This document shows positions 21,370-31,362 of a stretch of 56,047 nucleotides of DNA, one piece after another. A program made the position numbers and the translations under genes. The DNA comes from Corallochytrium limacisporum Hawaii. Its lineage: Eukaryota > Protista > Pluriformea. Numbering within the stretch: position 1 is the first letter of the stretch; each line of letters opens with the position of its first letter. A model generated the notes under the pieces. The model was not told where the DNA came from and searched no databases. It worked only from the letters and a program-made list of their open reading frames with translations. Where the stretch lies: assembly GCA_002811645.1 (NCBI GenBank), contig PDIP01000135.1:1-56047 (forward strand), in the 5' to 3' direction.

Positions 21370-21728
21370 CAAGGGCCTTCTGTTGAGCCCCCCAAATTTT
21401 TGGCGGGAGGGTTTCAAAAAAAAAAAACAACCCGGAAGAAGCCAGGAGGGTTGGAAACCCGCGGACCACACCACCGTACCGGTACCTGAAATCCCTTCTA
21501 ATCTCACCGACGCCCATATTCTTTCCTGGCCACCCTCCGGTTCACCAAATAAAAAACCCGCCACATCCCGGGTCCAGACCGACTTAGCACTAGGTTCCAT
21601 TGAGTGTTGAAATAACCGAGATACCCAATCAATGCGCAAACTTGCGGGACAACACGACCATTTGCAGCCAGGTTGGCAGATGTCACAAGCTAATTCTCAA
21701 GGATGCTGCCGTCTTTTCACGGCAGAAG

Positions 21729-21765
21729 GTACAAGATTGATCTTAATATTCTTCTTTTTGCACAG
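21729..21765 (+). other. Predicted short leader intron (37 nt) upstream of the 21900 ORF
   Basis: AAG|GTACAAG ... CTTAAT (branch-like) ATTCTTCTTTTTGCACAG|. The acceptor is strong; the true donor could lie further upstream. Confidence 0.45.
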
Positions 21766-21899
21766 AATGAAAAATAGAAATGGAACACTCAGCATCGAAG
21801 GACAAAGATTAGGTAAACGAAAGCCATCAACTTTTCTGCTGCGGTATGTTTCAAGACTTGAGAAAATACGCTTGAGGGCCGCTTCATTCTGCGAACACA

Positions 21900-23744
21900 A
21901 TGGACGGCAGCGCGGAATGGCGCAATGCGTCTGTTATTTCAGATCTCTCAGATGATGCTGAACGGATAGCGTACGAGAATTATCAAGACAAGTCAGGTCA
22001 TTGGATATACAAGGCACCACATTATTATGACTTGACAACGGTTGCAGAATGGGGGTCAGAGCAGGCTCAGGCCCATGCACAATTCTTCTTTGACAATGCT
22101 GACTCATCGCTGTCCAGACCTTTATTCTCAAGGCCTGTCAGCCCGTTGTATGACCCTGCTAGGGATGATAAGGATGCAGAAGTCACAGTTGAAGTGGTCC
22201 AATCGGTGACAATCACAAAATCCGAAGAATCCATTGCTACAACTCCGGACAATGCCTTGGATACGGAAGACGAGGACGAAGCGCCCATGGAGGAGCAGCC
22301 CATCATTTTGAACGAATTTGTTGAAGGTGCAGGGGGTTCGGAAGTGTGCACATCCCAAACAACTGACTATCGTACGATACCAGCTGACAGCGTGAGCAAG
22401 GCCTTGCTTCCGGCTGAGGGCAAAGGTGAGGCCACGTTCTTGGATACTGTAGTGCCGGCGCAAACAGATATGGTCCCAGAAGAAAAGCAAGAGAATTTTC
22501 ATGACAATAGTATCGGACATGATGACTCAGGCGAATATTCAACCATACCTCCGACAAGGGTTAGTGGTGTTCGGTCTGTACTTGGTCACGTGAAAAAGGT
22601 TGCTGTTGGCCAGGCCCTGCGAGTCAGAACACAACCACGCACAGGTCCCCTCCCTGAGGCAGCCACCAGGACCAGGGGTGAGGATAGCATGCCTGAGACC
22701 AAGAACTATACAAACGGACAAGAAGTGTTGAAATCTGAATCAGTTTCTGAGAAGACGGAAGCTAAACAAATTCCGTGCGAGCAGCGTGCCACACAATCTC
22801 CTGCCGTAGCCCAATCTATCAACTTGAGAGCGCTCGAAGATAATGACGAAGTGGGTAATGACACTGCGGAGCTCAGGCGCATTCTCATTGCACACAATCG
22901 TCGTGTACATCAGCAGACAGCCACGCCAAGTGATGCAGATGATAACGTGCACAGTGGCAACAAGAACGCTGGCAAGTATCAAACTAGCTCGCTTGCAAAG
23001 TCATCAATTCCACCGGAACCCCCGGCACCACCACCACCACCACCGCAACCACCGCTGTACACGAAGGCCCGCTTGAATGTTCCAACGACAGCGAGGAAGA
23101 CACGCGCAAATGCAAAGACTCGAAAGACAACACCTCGGCCGACCACCAACGCTGTGTCTCCCTCCCGGAAAGCGCGCGTACTGTCCAAGGGTTCCACGAT
23201 GGCCTCGGATAGCAAGCGTGTGGCCCCTAGTGTGAAGGTGCGGCGTCCCTTATCAACCATTACCAACAGCAAACTGAATGAAAACCAGAACCAGAAGCCC
23301 TCGCCAGCCGCCAAAAAGGCGCCACCTAGGGCGCCACCGCCTCCGGCGAAATCTCGTGCGTTACCCGACGACCCCAAGGTCAACCATGGACCTCCTAGTA
23401 GAGCACAACGGGGCACTTTGCGGCAGACGAAGACTGTGTCATCGCCGGTACAAAGAGTCACTGTCACAACGCAGGCCACCCATTTTACCGCAGCACCGCC
23501 TGCACCCCCTCCTATGGCGCCGAAACCCATGCATCGCGATCCCCGGCATGCTCAGGCCAAGAACACGGCGGTCATGAGCCCTAACGGAAAGATCGGAGGG
23601 CGCTCTATAGTCAACAGGGCCGCATCAAGTGTAAATTCTGGTCGGCGCACGCGCGGGAATAGCTCAGCGACTGGTTCAACTATCGTCCGTAGTCGTGACT
23701 CATCACAGGTACGCAGTGCTCGTGGTTTTGTTCGACTGCGGTAG
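21900..23744 (+). CDS. Largely disordered protein, acidic N-half and basic Pro/Ser/Arg-rich C-half; possible microtubule-associated (TPX2-like N-terminal motif)
   Basis: 614-aa ORF; YKAPHYYDL...AQFFF motif near the N-terminus; short helix ELRRILIAHNRR. The start may be modified by splicing. Confidence 0.7.
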   Translation: MDGSAEWRNASVISDLSDDAERIAYENYQDKSGHWIYKAPHYYDLTTVAEWGSEQAQAHAQFFFDNADSSLSRPLFSRPVSPLYDPARDDKDAEVTVEVVQSVTITKSEESIATTPDNALDTEDEDEAPMEEQPIILNEFVEGAGGSEVCTSQTTDYRTIPADSVSKALLPAEGKGEATFLDTVVPAQTDMVPEEKQENFHDNSIGHDDSGEYSTIPPTRVSGVRSVLGHVKKVAVGQALRVRTQPRTGPLPEAATRTRGEDSMPETKNYTNGQEVLKSESVSEKTEAKQIPCEQRATQSPAVAQSINLRALEDNDEVGNDTAELRRILIAHNRRVHQQTATPSDADDNVHSGNKNAGKYQTSSLAKSSIPPEPPAPPPPPPQPPLYTKARLNVPTTARKTRANAKTRKTTPRPTTNAVSPSRKARVLSKGSTMASDSKRVAPSVKVRRPLSTITNSKLNENQNQKPSPAAKKAPPRAPPPPAKSRALPDDPKVNHGPPSRAQRGTLRQTKTVSSPVQRVTVTTQATHFTAAPPAPPPMAPKPMHRDPRHAQAKNTAVMSPNGKIGGRSIVNRAASSVNSGRRTRGNSSATGSTIVRSRDSSQVRSARGFVRLR

Positions 23745-23939
23745 ATTGCTATACACACCATAGACGCGCGCCCATCTTGAAACTATGACGAAAGCGACAT
23801 CATGAATCACATCGATAATGCATACACACACTTCTTACTGCAAAACTGTCCAAATCCTCTCTAACAGTCGGTTCCGGAACTTCTGTATTGGCCTCATTGC
23901 CTACTTAGTATCAGGCAATCGTCTGCTCCAAGATGAGGT

Positions 23940-26771
23940 TCACCTTTGTGCCATTGCTTTGGCTGCCAATGGCAAGATCTCCGTAGGTGACTTCCACCAG
24001 TTGCGTACGTCATCTTTCTTTATGGCCAGCCAAATCTCGCCTTGATTGGGATCGTGCTCTTTCACTTCCTCTTGGATCTGAGCTCGGACATCGGCATCAG
24101 TACTGGCCAGCATATAACGGAGAGCATAGGAATCGCCAAAGCGAGGGTGTGCTTCTGTGCACTTTGTCAGCCATTGTAAGCTTTTGTCCATAACTTTGGC
24201 ATCCATGAACATCTTTCCGAGGGCTACAAGAACAAATGGGTCAGACCTACACGTCTCATAAGCCTGGACTGCCAGTTTCCGACGTCTTTCTTTCGCTTCA
24301 AGGACGATAGCCTCTGACCATAGACGCCCATCAGTTGGCAGCTCTGCGAGGGCCTTGGTCAGCAGCTGCTGGCCAACCTTAGTTTGGTCATTTGAAATCT
24401 CTAAACGTACAGAGGCCAACCAAATTTGACTAAGAGCATCCTTGAGCGATGAGACACGGGACTCATCAGCAGAATATGTATCAAGGAATGCTTTGACCTT
24501 CTTACGTCCACGTTCAAGAGTAGACCTTGCACGGCTAAGGCTGGAAGTTATCCTTAAGTCAATCTCAGAGCGCATGATCCAAAGGCAGGCTTCATGTGGC
24601 AGCACGTTTAAGGCATCGTCCACTACCTTCAGTGCTTCCATATTACTGACCCCTAACTTAGCAGCGTACCTGCAGTGGAGATGTGCAGTCAGTAGGTGCA
24701 ATTTTCTTGCCTTGGGGTGTGCTGCGATGCCTTCCACCACAAGCTGCAGCGCAGCGGGGAAGTTTCCTTCGGTTACTTCGAACTTCGCGCTCTTGAGCCA
24801 CAGGCGAGGGGTGTTTGCTGCCTTTCTGCCTTGACTCAGCAATCCACGGACACGAGCGATACTGTATTCTGGGTCCTGGACCTCTAGCTTAAGAGCGGCG
24901 AGCCAGAGATTCTCGCTCCCAGGATTGACGGAGAAAGCACGAGAGAGTACTTGTCGCGCCTTATTGGATTGGCCATATCGGTATGCTTCCTTTGCCTGCA
25001 TAAGCCACAGAACTTCTGCTTTGGGATGCACCTTCAGACTGCTCTCAACCACATGGTTGAAGTATTCAAAATCTTCGCTTTGGATCTCTAAGTCAGCAGC
25101 TCCAATGTGCACTAGAAGACTTTGGTCACTTCGCAGGTCCCGCAATTCTCCTTCATCAAGTTTCGTGAGCAGCTGTCTGTAGACTTCACGTGCGCATCGA
25201 TACGCTTTCTGCGTTTGAAAACTCTCTGCATCGCTCAGGAATCGTTCCAAAATGTCCTCTGCCGGGATGCCGTTAGAGATACCAAGGCCAAGGACTTCGC
25301 GAACGATCGCTGCACCGGTGAGGGGATGATGATGCTCAACCTCACTTTTTCTCGCCAATTCCATCCAAACGTCACGTTGGATCACGTGGCCCTGTTTTCG
25401 GAGGCTTCCGATGGCCCGTTTGACGATAGTAGTGACTAATGCAGGGTTGTTGCCCTTCGATTCCTCTAAACTTGCTGCCGCTAGCCAAATGTCACGGCTG
25501 GCTGGATTGTGCTGTCGGGCTCTGTTGAGTATGTGCCCTGCTTCTTTATGATCCTCCAGTTTGGCCAGGGCCAACCAAAGGTCCACTGTCCGGGGGCAGC
25601 ACTCAACAGCCCGTTCCAACAATGTTTTGGCATCCTCAGCTCTATTCTCTATATCTACAGCTGCCTTCCACAGTGCTACGCTAGTAGGAAGTTGCTGCAG
25701 GGCCTCCCTGTACACTTGTCGTTTGGCTTCCACGTCGAAACTCTGTTCTGCTCGGCCAAACCAAAGTCGTTCACTATTTGGTTTGCGTTTCAAACCTTTT
25801 CGCATCACTTGTCGTGCTCGCGCAGGATCTAGGACCTTGGATGCTTCTAAGTAGATTTCCTCACTGTCTGGGCAGAACTCTAAAGCCTTCATAATAATAG
25901 ATCTGGCTGCAGATATACGTCCTACGGCCACTTCAACTCTAGCTGCACTGATATATCCCTGCGCATGGTGTGGGTTGCTTTTTATCAATGCTTTAAAGAG
26001 GCTTCTGGCCTTTGCCACATCTGTATGATCCATGTCACCACTGACTCCAAGAGCATTGTTGGTGGATTCCAACGAAGTAAGGTAGCCTTGTGGGTCAATC
26101 ACTGTCTGTCCTTTTACATTGTCTGACAGGCGATCCAATTGCGATTGCAAGGTACTTGTCTGTGCTTTCCCATTGTGGTTGACTTGTATGGGAGGTCTGC
26201 TTCCCGTCAGATTTTGTGCATCATTCACTGTACCATCCATGGCTTGCCCCTGCGCTCTCCGCAGCAAGTGACTGTCTGGTATCATGGTATATCGTTCTTT
26301 ATCTTTCAGTGGATCCTCTGTCTTCCTGCGTTTGGTAGTCATTTCCGATGTGTCTGGAATCGCTTCCCATGCGGAGGCATCCATGTCCTTCATGCTTTTC
26401 TTAATGTCACTGAACTCTTCGGCGACAGTCTGAGAGTTTTGCTGATCCCGGCCAATTTTCTGTTCGTCTTGCTCACTCCTTCGTTTTCTTGTTGCCATTC
26501 TCTTATCAATGGCCTTAAAAATAGCATCTGCCTCCCTATCATCGTCCTCGTAAACCTCAGCGCCGAACAATGCACGTTTCGGTCCCGCGAATTTGTCATG
26601 GTTTGAGTCGTGGAGATCAAAGTCATCCTCCAGACTTCCAGTACGGCCCGCCCCGGAGTCTGCTCTAGTGGTGAACCCCGTTGCCCCTCGGCCAACCCCC
26701 GCTACATATCCTGGTGGCGGAGCCTGCTTGAGAAACCATAATTTGTCCCGTTTGCGTGGATCATCTGCCAT
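23940..26771 (-). CDS. PRPF6: Pre-mRNA splicing factor PRP6 (U5-102K)
   Basis: APPPGYVAGVGRGATGFTTR, YEDDDREADAIF, VKGQTVIDPQGYLTSL, KARSLFKAL, followed by HAT/TPR repeats. Confidence 0.96.
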   Translation of the reverse strand: MADDPRKRDKLWFLKQAPPPGYVAGVGRGATGFTTRADSGAGRTGSLEDDFDLHDSNHDKFAGPKRALFGAEVYEDDDREADAIFKAIDKRMATRKRRSEQDEQKIGRDQQNSQTVAEEFSDIKKSMKDMDASAWEAIPDTSEMTTKRRKTEDPLKDKERYTMIPDSHLLRRAQGQAMDGTVNDAQNLTGSRPPIQVNHNGKAQTSTLQSQLDRLSDNVKGQTVIDPQGYLTSLESTNNALGVSGDMDHTDVAKARSLFKALIKSNPHHAQGYISAARVEVAVGRISAARSIIMKALEFCPDSEEIYLEASKVLDPARARQVMRKGLKRKPNSERLWFGRAEQSFDVEAKRQVYREALQQLPTSVALWKAAVDIENRAEDAKTLLERAVECCPRTVDLWLALAKLEDHKEAGHILNRARQHNPASRDIWLAAASLEESKGNNPALVTTIVKRAIGSLRKQGHVIQRDVWMELARKSEVEHHHPLTGAAIVREVLGLGISNGIPAEDILERFLSDAESFQTQKAYRCAREVYRQLLTKLDEGELRDLRSDQSLLVHIGAADLEIQSEDFEYFNHVVESSLKVHPKAEVLWLMQAKEAYRYGQSNKARQVLSRAFSVNPGSENLWLAALKLEVQDPEYSIARVRGLLSQGRKAANTPRLWLKSAKFEVTEGNFPAALQLVVEGIAAHPKARKLHLLTAHLHCRYAAKLGVSNMEALKVVDDALNVLPHEACLWIMRSEIDLRITSSLSRARSTLERGRKKVKAFLDTYSADESRVSSLKDALSQIWLASVRLEISNDQTKVGQQLLTKALAELPTDGRLWSEAIVLEAKERRRKLAVQAYETCRSDPFVLVALGKMFMDAKVMDKSLQWLTKCTEAHPRFGDSYALRYMLASTDADVRAQIQEEVKEHDPNQGEIWLAIKKDDVRNWWKSPTEILPLAAKAMAQR

Positions 26772-26800
26772 TTTTCAGTATGGCAGATCTGACCCAGCTG

Positions 26801-26927
26801 CTATAACAAAATATCAAATGTGGGCATGCTGTAGGGGGTACAAGAAACAAGTGCCTGTCACCCAAAGGAGAACTTGTATCTCCCATCGTCGTATGTAGCA
26901 AAAAGTAGCCCATAGGATCGAAAATAC
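26801..26927 (-). other. Predicted 5'-UTR intron (127 nt) of PRP6
   Basis: AAG|GTATTT ... ATTTGATATTTTGTTATAG| 29 nt before the ATG (alternative acceptor at 26829). Confidence 0.55.
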
Positions 26928-27309
26928 CTTGGCATGCCCACCACGAGCCTTCCCTCATTGCACACAGCTCATTTCCCGCCCGCAACCTGTACATGGGGAG
27001 ACAGTCTAGCGCCGCTGTCTTCTGTAACCCTGGCAGTAGAGATGATCTTTGCAGGGTAGAGAGCCAGGCAAGGTGCGGTAAGCGGGCACGGAGAGCCCCC
27101 GCCTCCGCCCCTGGGGGGGGGGCTGTCGTTGTGGATTTGTGGATTTGTTTTGGGAAGACTGCTGCGGGAATTCCTTGTGTTCTCAGACAGTTCCTTCAGT
27201 GGCACGTAAGGAAGCCTTGGCTAAGGTACTTTCGCATCAAGAACATAACCTGTAGTCGTTTAGGAGACACTGTCTCAGTCGAATTTTGACATGAGAATAG
27301 AAGAAAATC

Positions 27310-27951
27310 ATGACTGGGTACCACGTATTGCTTCTGCTGTTCGCAACCGTTGTTGCTGGGCTGAAAGATCATGACGTAGAGGCTTTGAAAGCCACTGAAG
27401 GATTCGAGGATGTCACATGCGGATCATTGATTAAACTTGCTCATGTTGGGTCAGGTCACTATCTTACTTCCCAACCTGTCCACTATGGAAGTGGAAGCGC
27501 ACAACAAGTTGTTTCTGGTTCGAAACAATGGGCTGAGACAGATACTCTGTGGCAAATCAAGGGGACAGAAGAGCAGCCGTGCAATCATGGCACCCCAGTC
27601 GTAAATTCTCAGAAGATTAGATTGATTCATGTGAACACGGAAGTAAAACTCCATTCACATGCAATCAGGTCCCCATTGGGAAAACAGCACGAGGTAAGTG
27701 GATTCGAGGGTTCTAACGACGAAGACAATTGGGAGATTACGATTCTTAATGGAGAAAAGGTACTCCGCGGTCAAAAGGTGTGGCTGCGTCATGTATCTAC
27801 AGGTGGCATCCTCGACGTCAATGTAAAGGGCAAGTTCAGTCAGCCGCTTGATGGCCACGTAGAGGTGCACACCGTACCGCAGGGAACCCCTGGTGACAAG
27901 AACGGATGGGTCTTTATGGAGGGTTACTATTTCAAACGTATTCAAGAGTAA
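27310..27951 (+). CDS. SDF2: Stromal cell-derived factor 2-like ER protein (MIR domains)
   Basis: Signal peptide, VTCGSLIKL, YGSGSAQQVVSG, IRLIHVNT, LHSH...SPLGKQHEVSGF, W-x-x-x-EG C-terminus. Confidence 0.92.
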   Translation: MTGYHVLLLLFATVVAGLKDHDVEALKATEGFEDVTCGSLIKLAHVGSGHYLTSQPVHYGSGSAQQVVSGSKQWAETDTLWQIKGTEEQPCNHGTPVVNSQKIRLIHVNTEVKLHSHAIRSPLGKQHEVSGFEGSNDEDNWEITILNGEKVLRGQKVWLRHVSTGGILDVNVKGKFSQPLDGHVEVHTVPQGTPGDKNGWVFMEGYYFKRIQE

Positions 27952-28467
27952 GCTTCAGAGTACAGATGTCACCTTTGCATACCGGATTTGCAAAGTAGAA
28001 GTCGCATCATCAAAGGACAGTGGCACTTGGTGCGGGCAGCGAGCTGGCCCAAAAACCTGTACATGTTAAATAGAATGCATATATTATTAAGTCAGATTAC
28101 TAAGAATGCCATGATGTGATTTTGCTTTGGAGAGCATGCTTGAAGAGTAGCATGTAACCTAGCGTATGCCTTGATGGTGATTTTGATAAGATTGGAACAT
28201 CCACAGACATGCACAAAGATACAAGGATTAACGTGAGAAAGCATTGACTCAACGAGAAGGAAACTAACTACAATTCCCATGAGTACCAACTCTCGACTGC
28301 TTGCCCTAACCCTTTGGCACATCTGCGGAAGCTTCCAAGGTTGTGCTTTGTGATAAAATGTTGGGAGCTACAATACAAGAACTAATGCATTGGAAGTAAG
28401 CACATGATCCTCGGTGAAAAGGGTACATACTTCTTTCCATTGTTATAACATAAGTTCCACAAGTAAC

Positions 28468-29037
28468 TTACACCTTGAAGCCACGAGATTTCCTGCGGCC
28501 GCGGGCCTTCTCAAACTTGCGGCCCTTAGCACGGACGAAAGGCTTGGCAGAAGAGTGAGGAGTACCAGGGGCACCGAAGTGGCGAACAGCCTCGCGGTGG
28601 GTGCGGGGTCCCTGCAGAAGAACACAGTTGCTTCCCTTGGGGGCACGCAGAGCGAGCTGATCGAAAGTAATGATTTCGGAGCCGGCAGCCAGGAGACGCT
28701 TGCGGGCAGTCTCAGTCACCTTCAGTGCGCAAAGAGTAACCTTAGGGGCAGCCTCGATGCGGTGATCGTCAGTGACCTTACCGACGACGACGGCGATCTT
28801 GCCCTCCTTACCACGCATGTGACGACCCAGGCGGGCAATGCTGACGGGAGCCCGGTTAATACGGCTCATGAACAGACGGCGAAGCACAATCTGGTTGAAC
28901 TTGCTATCAGTGCGGCGAGCGAGGAACCCGTAAAGCTTGGTGAGCAGCTTCAAGTAAGGATCTTCGGACTTGGGGGCCGTGCGACGACCATCCCTCTGGT
29001 GCTTGCGCTTCTTTCCGTAGCCACAGTCGACACCCAT
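28468..29037 (-). CDS. RPL18: 60S ribosomal protein L18 (eL18)
   Basis: [53 protein letters not shown]; GCCACCATGG start context. Confidence 0.99.
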   Translation of the reverse strand: MGVDCGYGKKRKHQRDGRRTAPKSEDPYLKLLTKLYGFLARRTDSKFNQIVLRRLFMSRINRAPVSIARLGRHMRGKEGKIAVVVGKVTDDHRIEAAPKVTLCALKVTETARKRLLAAGSEIITFDQLALRAPKGSNCVLLQGPRTHREAVRHFGAPGTPHSSAKPFVRAKGRKFEKARGRRKSRGFKV

Positions 29038-29060
29038 GGTGGCAGTTTTTTCCGATTATA

Positions 29061-29203
29061 CTATATGTAAAAGTAACCGATTGGGGTGAACCAGGGATAC
29101 AAGTGAAGTCTGCATAGAAGTGATAAGTCTTTGATCTTAAATATCTGCTTATGATGTATATTACTGAAATTATAACAAAATATTTGTGTCTTCACAATCG
29201 TAC
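29061..29203 (-). other. Predicted 5'-UTR intron of RPL18
   Basis: CGG|GTACGA ... TTACTTTTACATATAG| 23 nt before the ATG; a second acceptor TTGTTATAATTTCAG lies at 29164. Confidence 0.4.
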
Positions 29204-30637
29204 CCGCAGGGCCAGATGTTGCAGAGCACCTGTTAGAACCATTGAGTCCAAAGCTAAGACTAGGCCGGTGTACTGCTGCACCGACTGCACAAAGCTGGCC
29301 TTCCTCCAGCAACACACCAGTCATACTGGGAGAACCAGACACCCCCATGGCTGGTACACTTATTATGAATATCTGCTTCATGCCAAAAGTGGTTATTTCA
29401 ATATAGAAAGACCCAGGGGCACCAAAAGTGACAAAATTTGGAAATTAAGTTTTCCTGGATCTGGGGGAAATGTGTGTTTGTGTGGATGTTCGTTAATTAT
29501 GTGTGAAATTTGTCGACCGGGTTTGTGTGTGCTTTTTTTCGCGGCAAGAAGGGTCCCACCCCCCAAACCCTCTGGGGAGGGCCGCAAGCGGCCAGGAATA
29601 GGTATATCAAATTAACCCCTATACTGAGGTTACATACTCCGAAATTGTGACCCCATGGGGCAACACATACCGGTTTAGCTATATACAGCCTTCATTGTTC
29701 TGTATACTGACAATTCACAGTTCTCGGTAACACTTGATACGGTCTGCACATCATTTTGATATGCGTCACTGAAACGTGGGGGGTCAGGACCTTGCGGGCC
29801 AGGGTTCTAGGACTTAGGTGCAGCAATCGTTATACGGTAATGGTCAAACCATCGGAACGGAAAACCGGGAACTCAACTAGTCCGGGGGGTGGGGGTTGCT
29901 GTATCTCTGGACCCCGAGAGGAAACCGCGACGATAGCCGTCGCTGAGATAGTGCTCCCCCCCCTACAAATGGTAACAAGATTTGTGTGACAGTCGCACGG
30001 TATACTGAACATAGCCCCTCTCTTTGCCTGCGCGAGGCAACTCGGTGCCACTTAAACCGCTGGCTGATCCACTACGAATTGGCGTCTTTGCGCTAGGGCC
30101 AGAGGGTGTGACGGGAACAGCTACTGGAAAAAGCCCGCTTGCGTGGCGCACCAACGACTCGTAAGCAGTCTGCGACAATCCTCGGCACTGAACCCAGAAA
30201 GAAAAAAATGAGGGGACACAATAGGGAGGCCGGGGAAAATCCCGTGCAACAGCTCAGGGGCTGACACCAGTCACATTGCTGTCCATCTTCTCAGCAACGA
30301 AATGTTCCTCCCTCCTCTTCCTTCCGGAAAAATGACCAAAAAGGAAACGGGGGACAGAGAAACGTTGTTGCATCCACGGTAGTCAGCTGGTAGTGGAGGC
30401 CCCAGGGCTTTTTCTATTACTTTTGGTTTCTCTTCTCCAAAACCTTTCTTATCTCGCCACAGAGCGCGCACACAGACCTCCCCTCCGGGCCCGCCGCGTA
30501 AAGGGGGGGGGGGGCCAGAGAGAGGGAGAGATCGGTGTATGAAACAAACTCCAAAGAAAAAAAAAAAGAGGGAAACGCACCCTCGATCAGCTTCCTCCTC
30601 ACAATATTTAATTTACTGTCTCCACCTCCAACCCCCC

Positions 30638-30880
30638 NNNNNNNNNNNNNNNNNNNNNNNNNNNNNNNNNNNNNNNNNNNNNNNNNNNNNNNNNNNNNNN
30701 NNNNNNNNNNNNNNNNNNNNNNNNNNNNNNNNNNNNNNNNNNNNNNNNNNNNNNNNNNNNNNNNNNNNNNNNNNNNNNNNNNNNNNNNNNNNNNNNNNNN
30801 NNNNNNNNNNNNNNNNNNNNNNNNNNNNNNNNNNNNNNNNNNNNNNNNNNNNNNNNNNNNNNNNNNNNNNNNNNNNNNNN
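30638..30880. other. Assembly gap (N run)
   Basis: N run flanked by C-rich homopolymeric sequence. Confidence 0.99.
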
Positions 30881-31362
30881 CCCAAAAAAATGCAGGCTCA
30901 CATATACCGAGGCTACCAGTTGCAGACTGCTTCGACATACAAGAAGACAGGGCAACCACTAGAAGGTTCCGAGACAGGATGACTTGAGGGATGGGGACGC
31001 CAGGGCGGGAAAAAATTATCAAGCGATGGATCGATGGGCTGTCAGATTGAATGCCTTTTCCACTTCTGTGATAGGTTCATTGCAGGCTGCAGCAATTAAG
31101 AAAATTGCTGTCATCGTTCCAGGAGAAGCTTACCTCGGATGTCAGCACTGGTGATACATAATACGCGGACAGCACTGTAGTAGCACTCAGTAATGTACAG
31201 CAACCTATTGGTACTTGGGATGTCGCCAGGCGTATCCTAAGGCAGTCACTGTATAACGGATACAAACCTGCGAATAGATAGAAATCGATCTCACGGAGAA
31301 TAGAAAGGGACCTATAGTGTACTCTGTGATGAACCAGCAAGCTGTGGCTCATTAAATTGATA

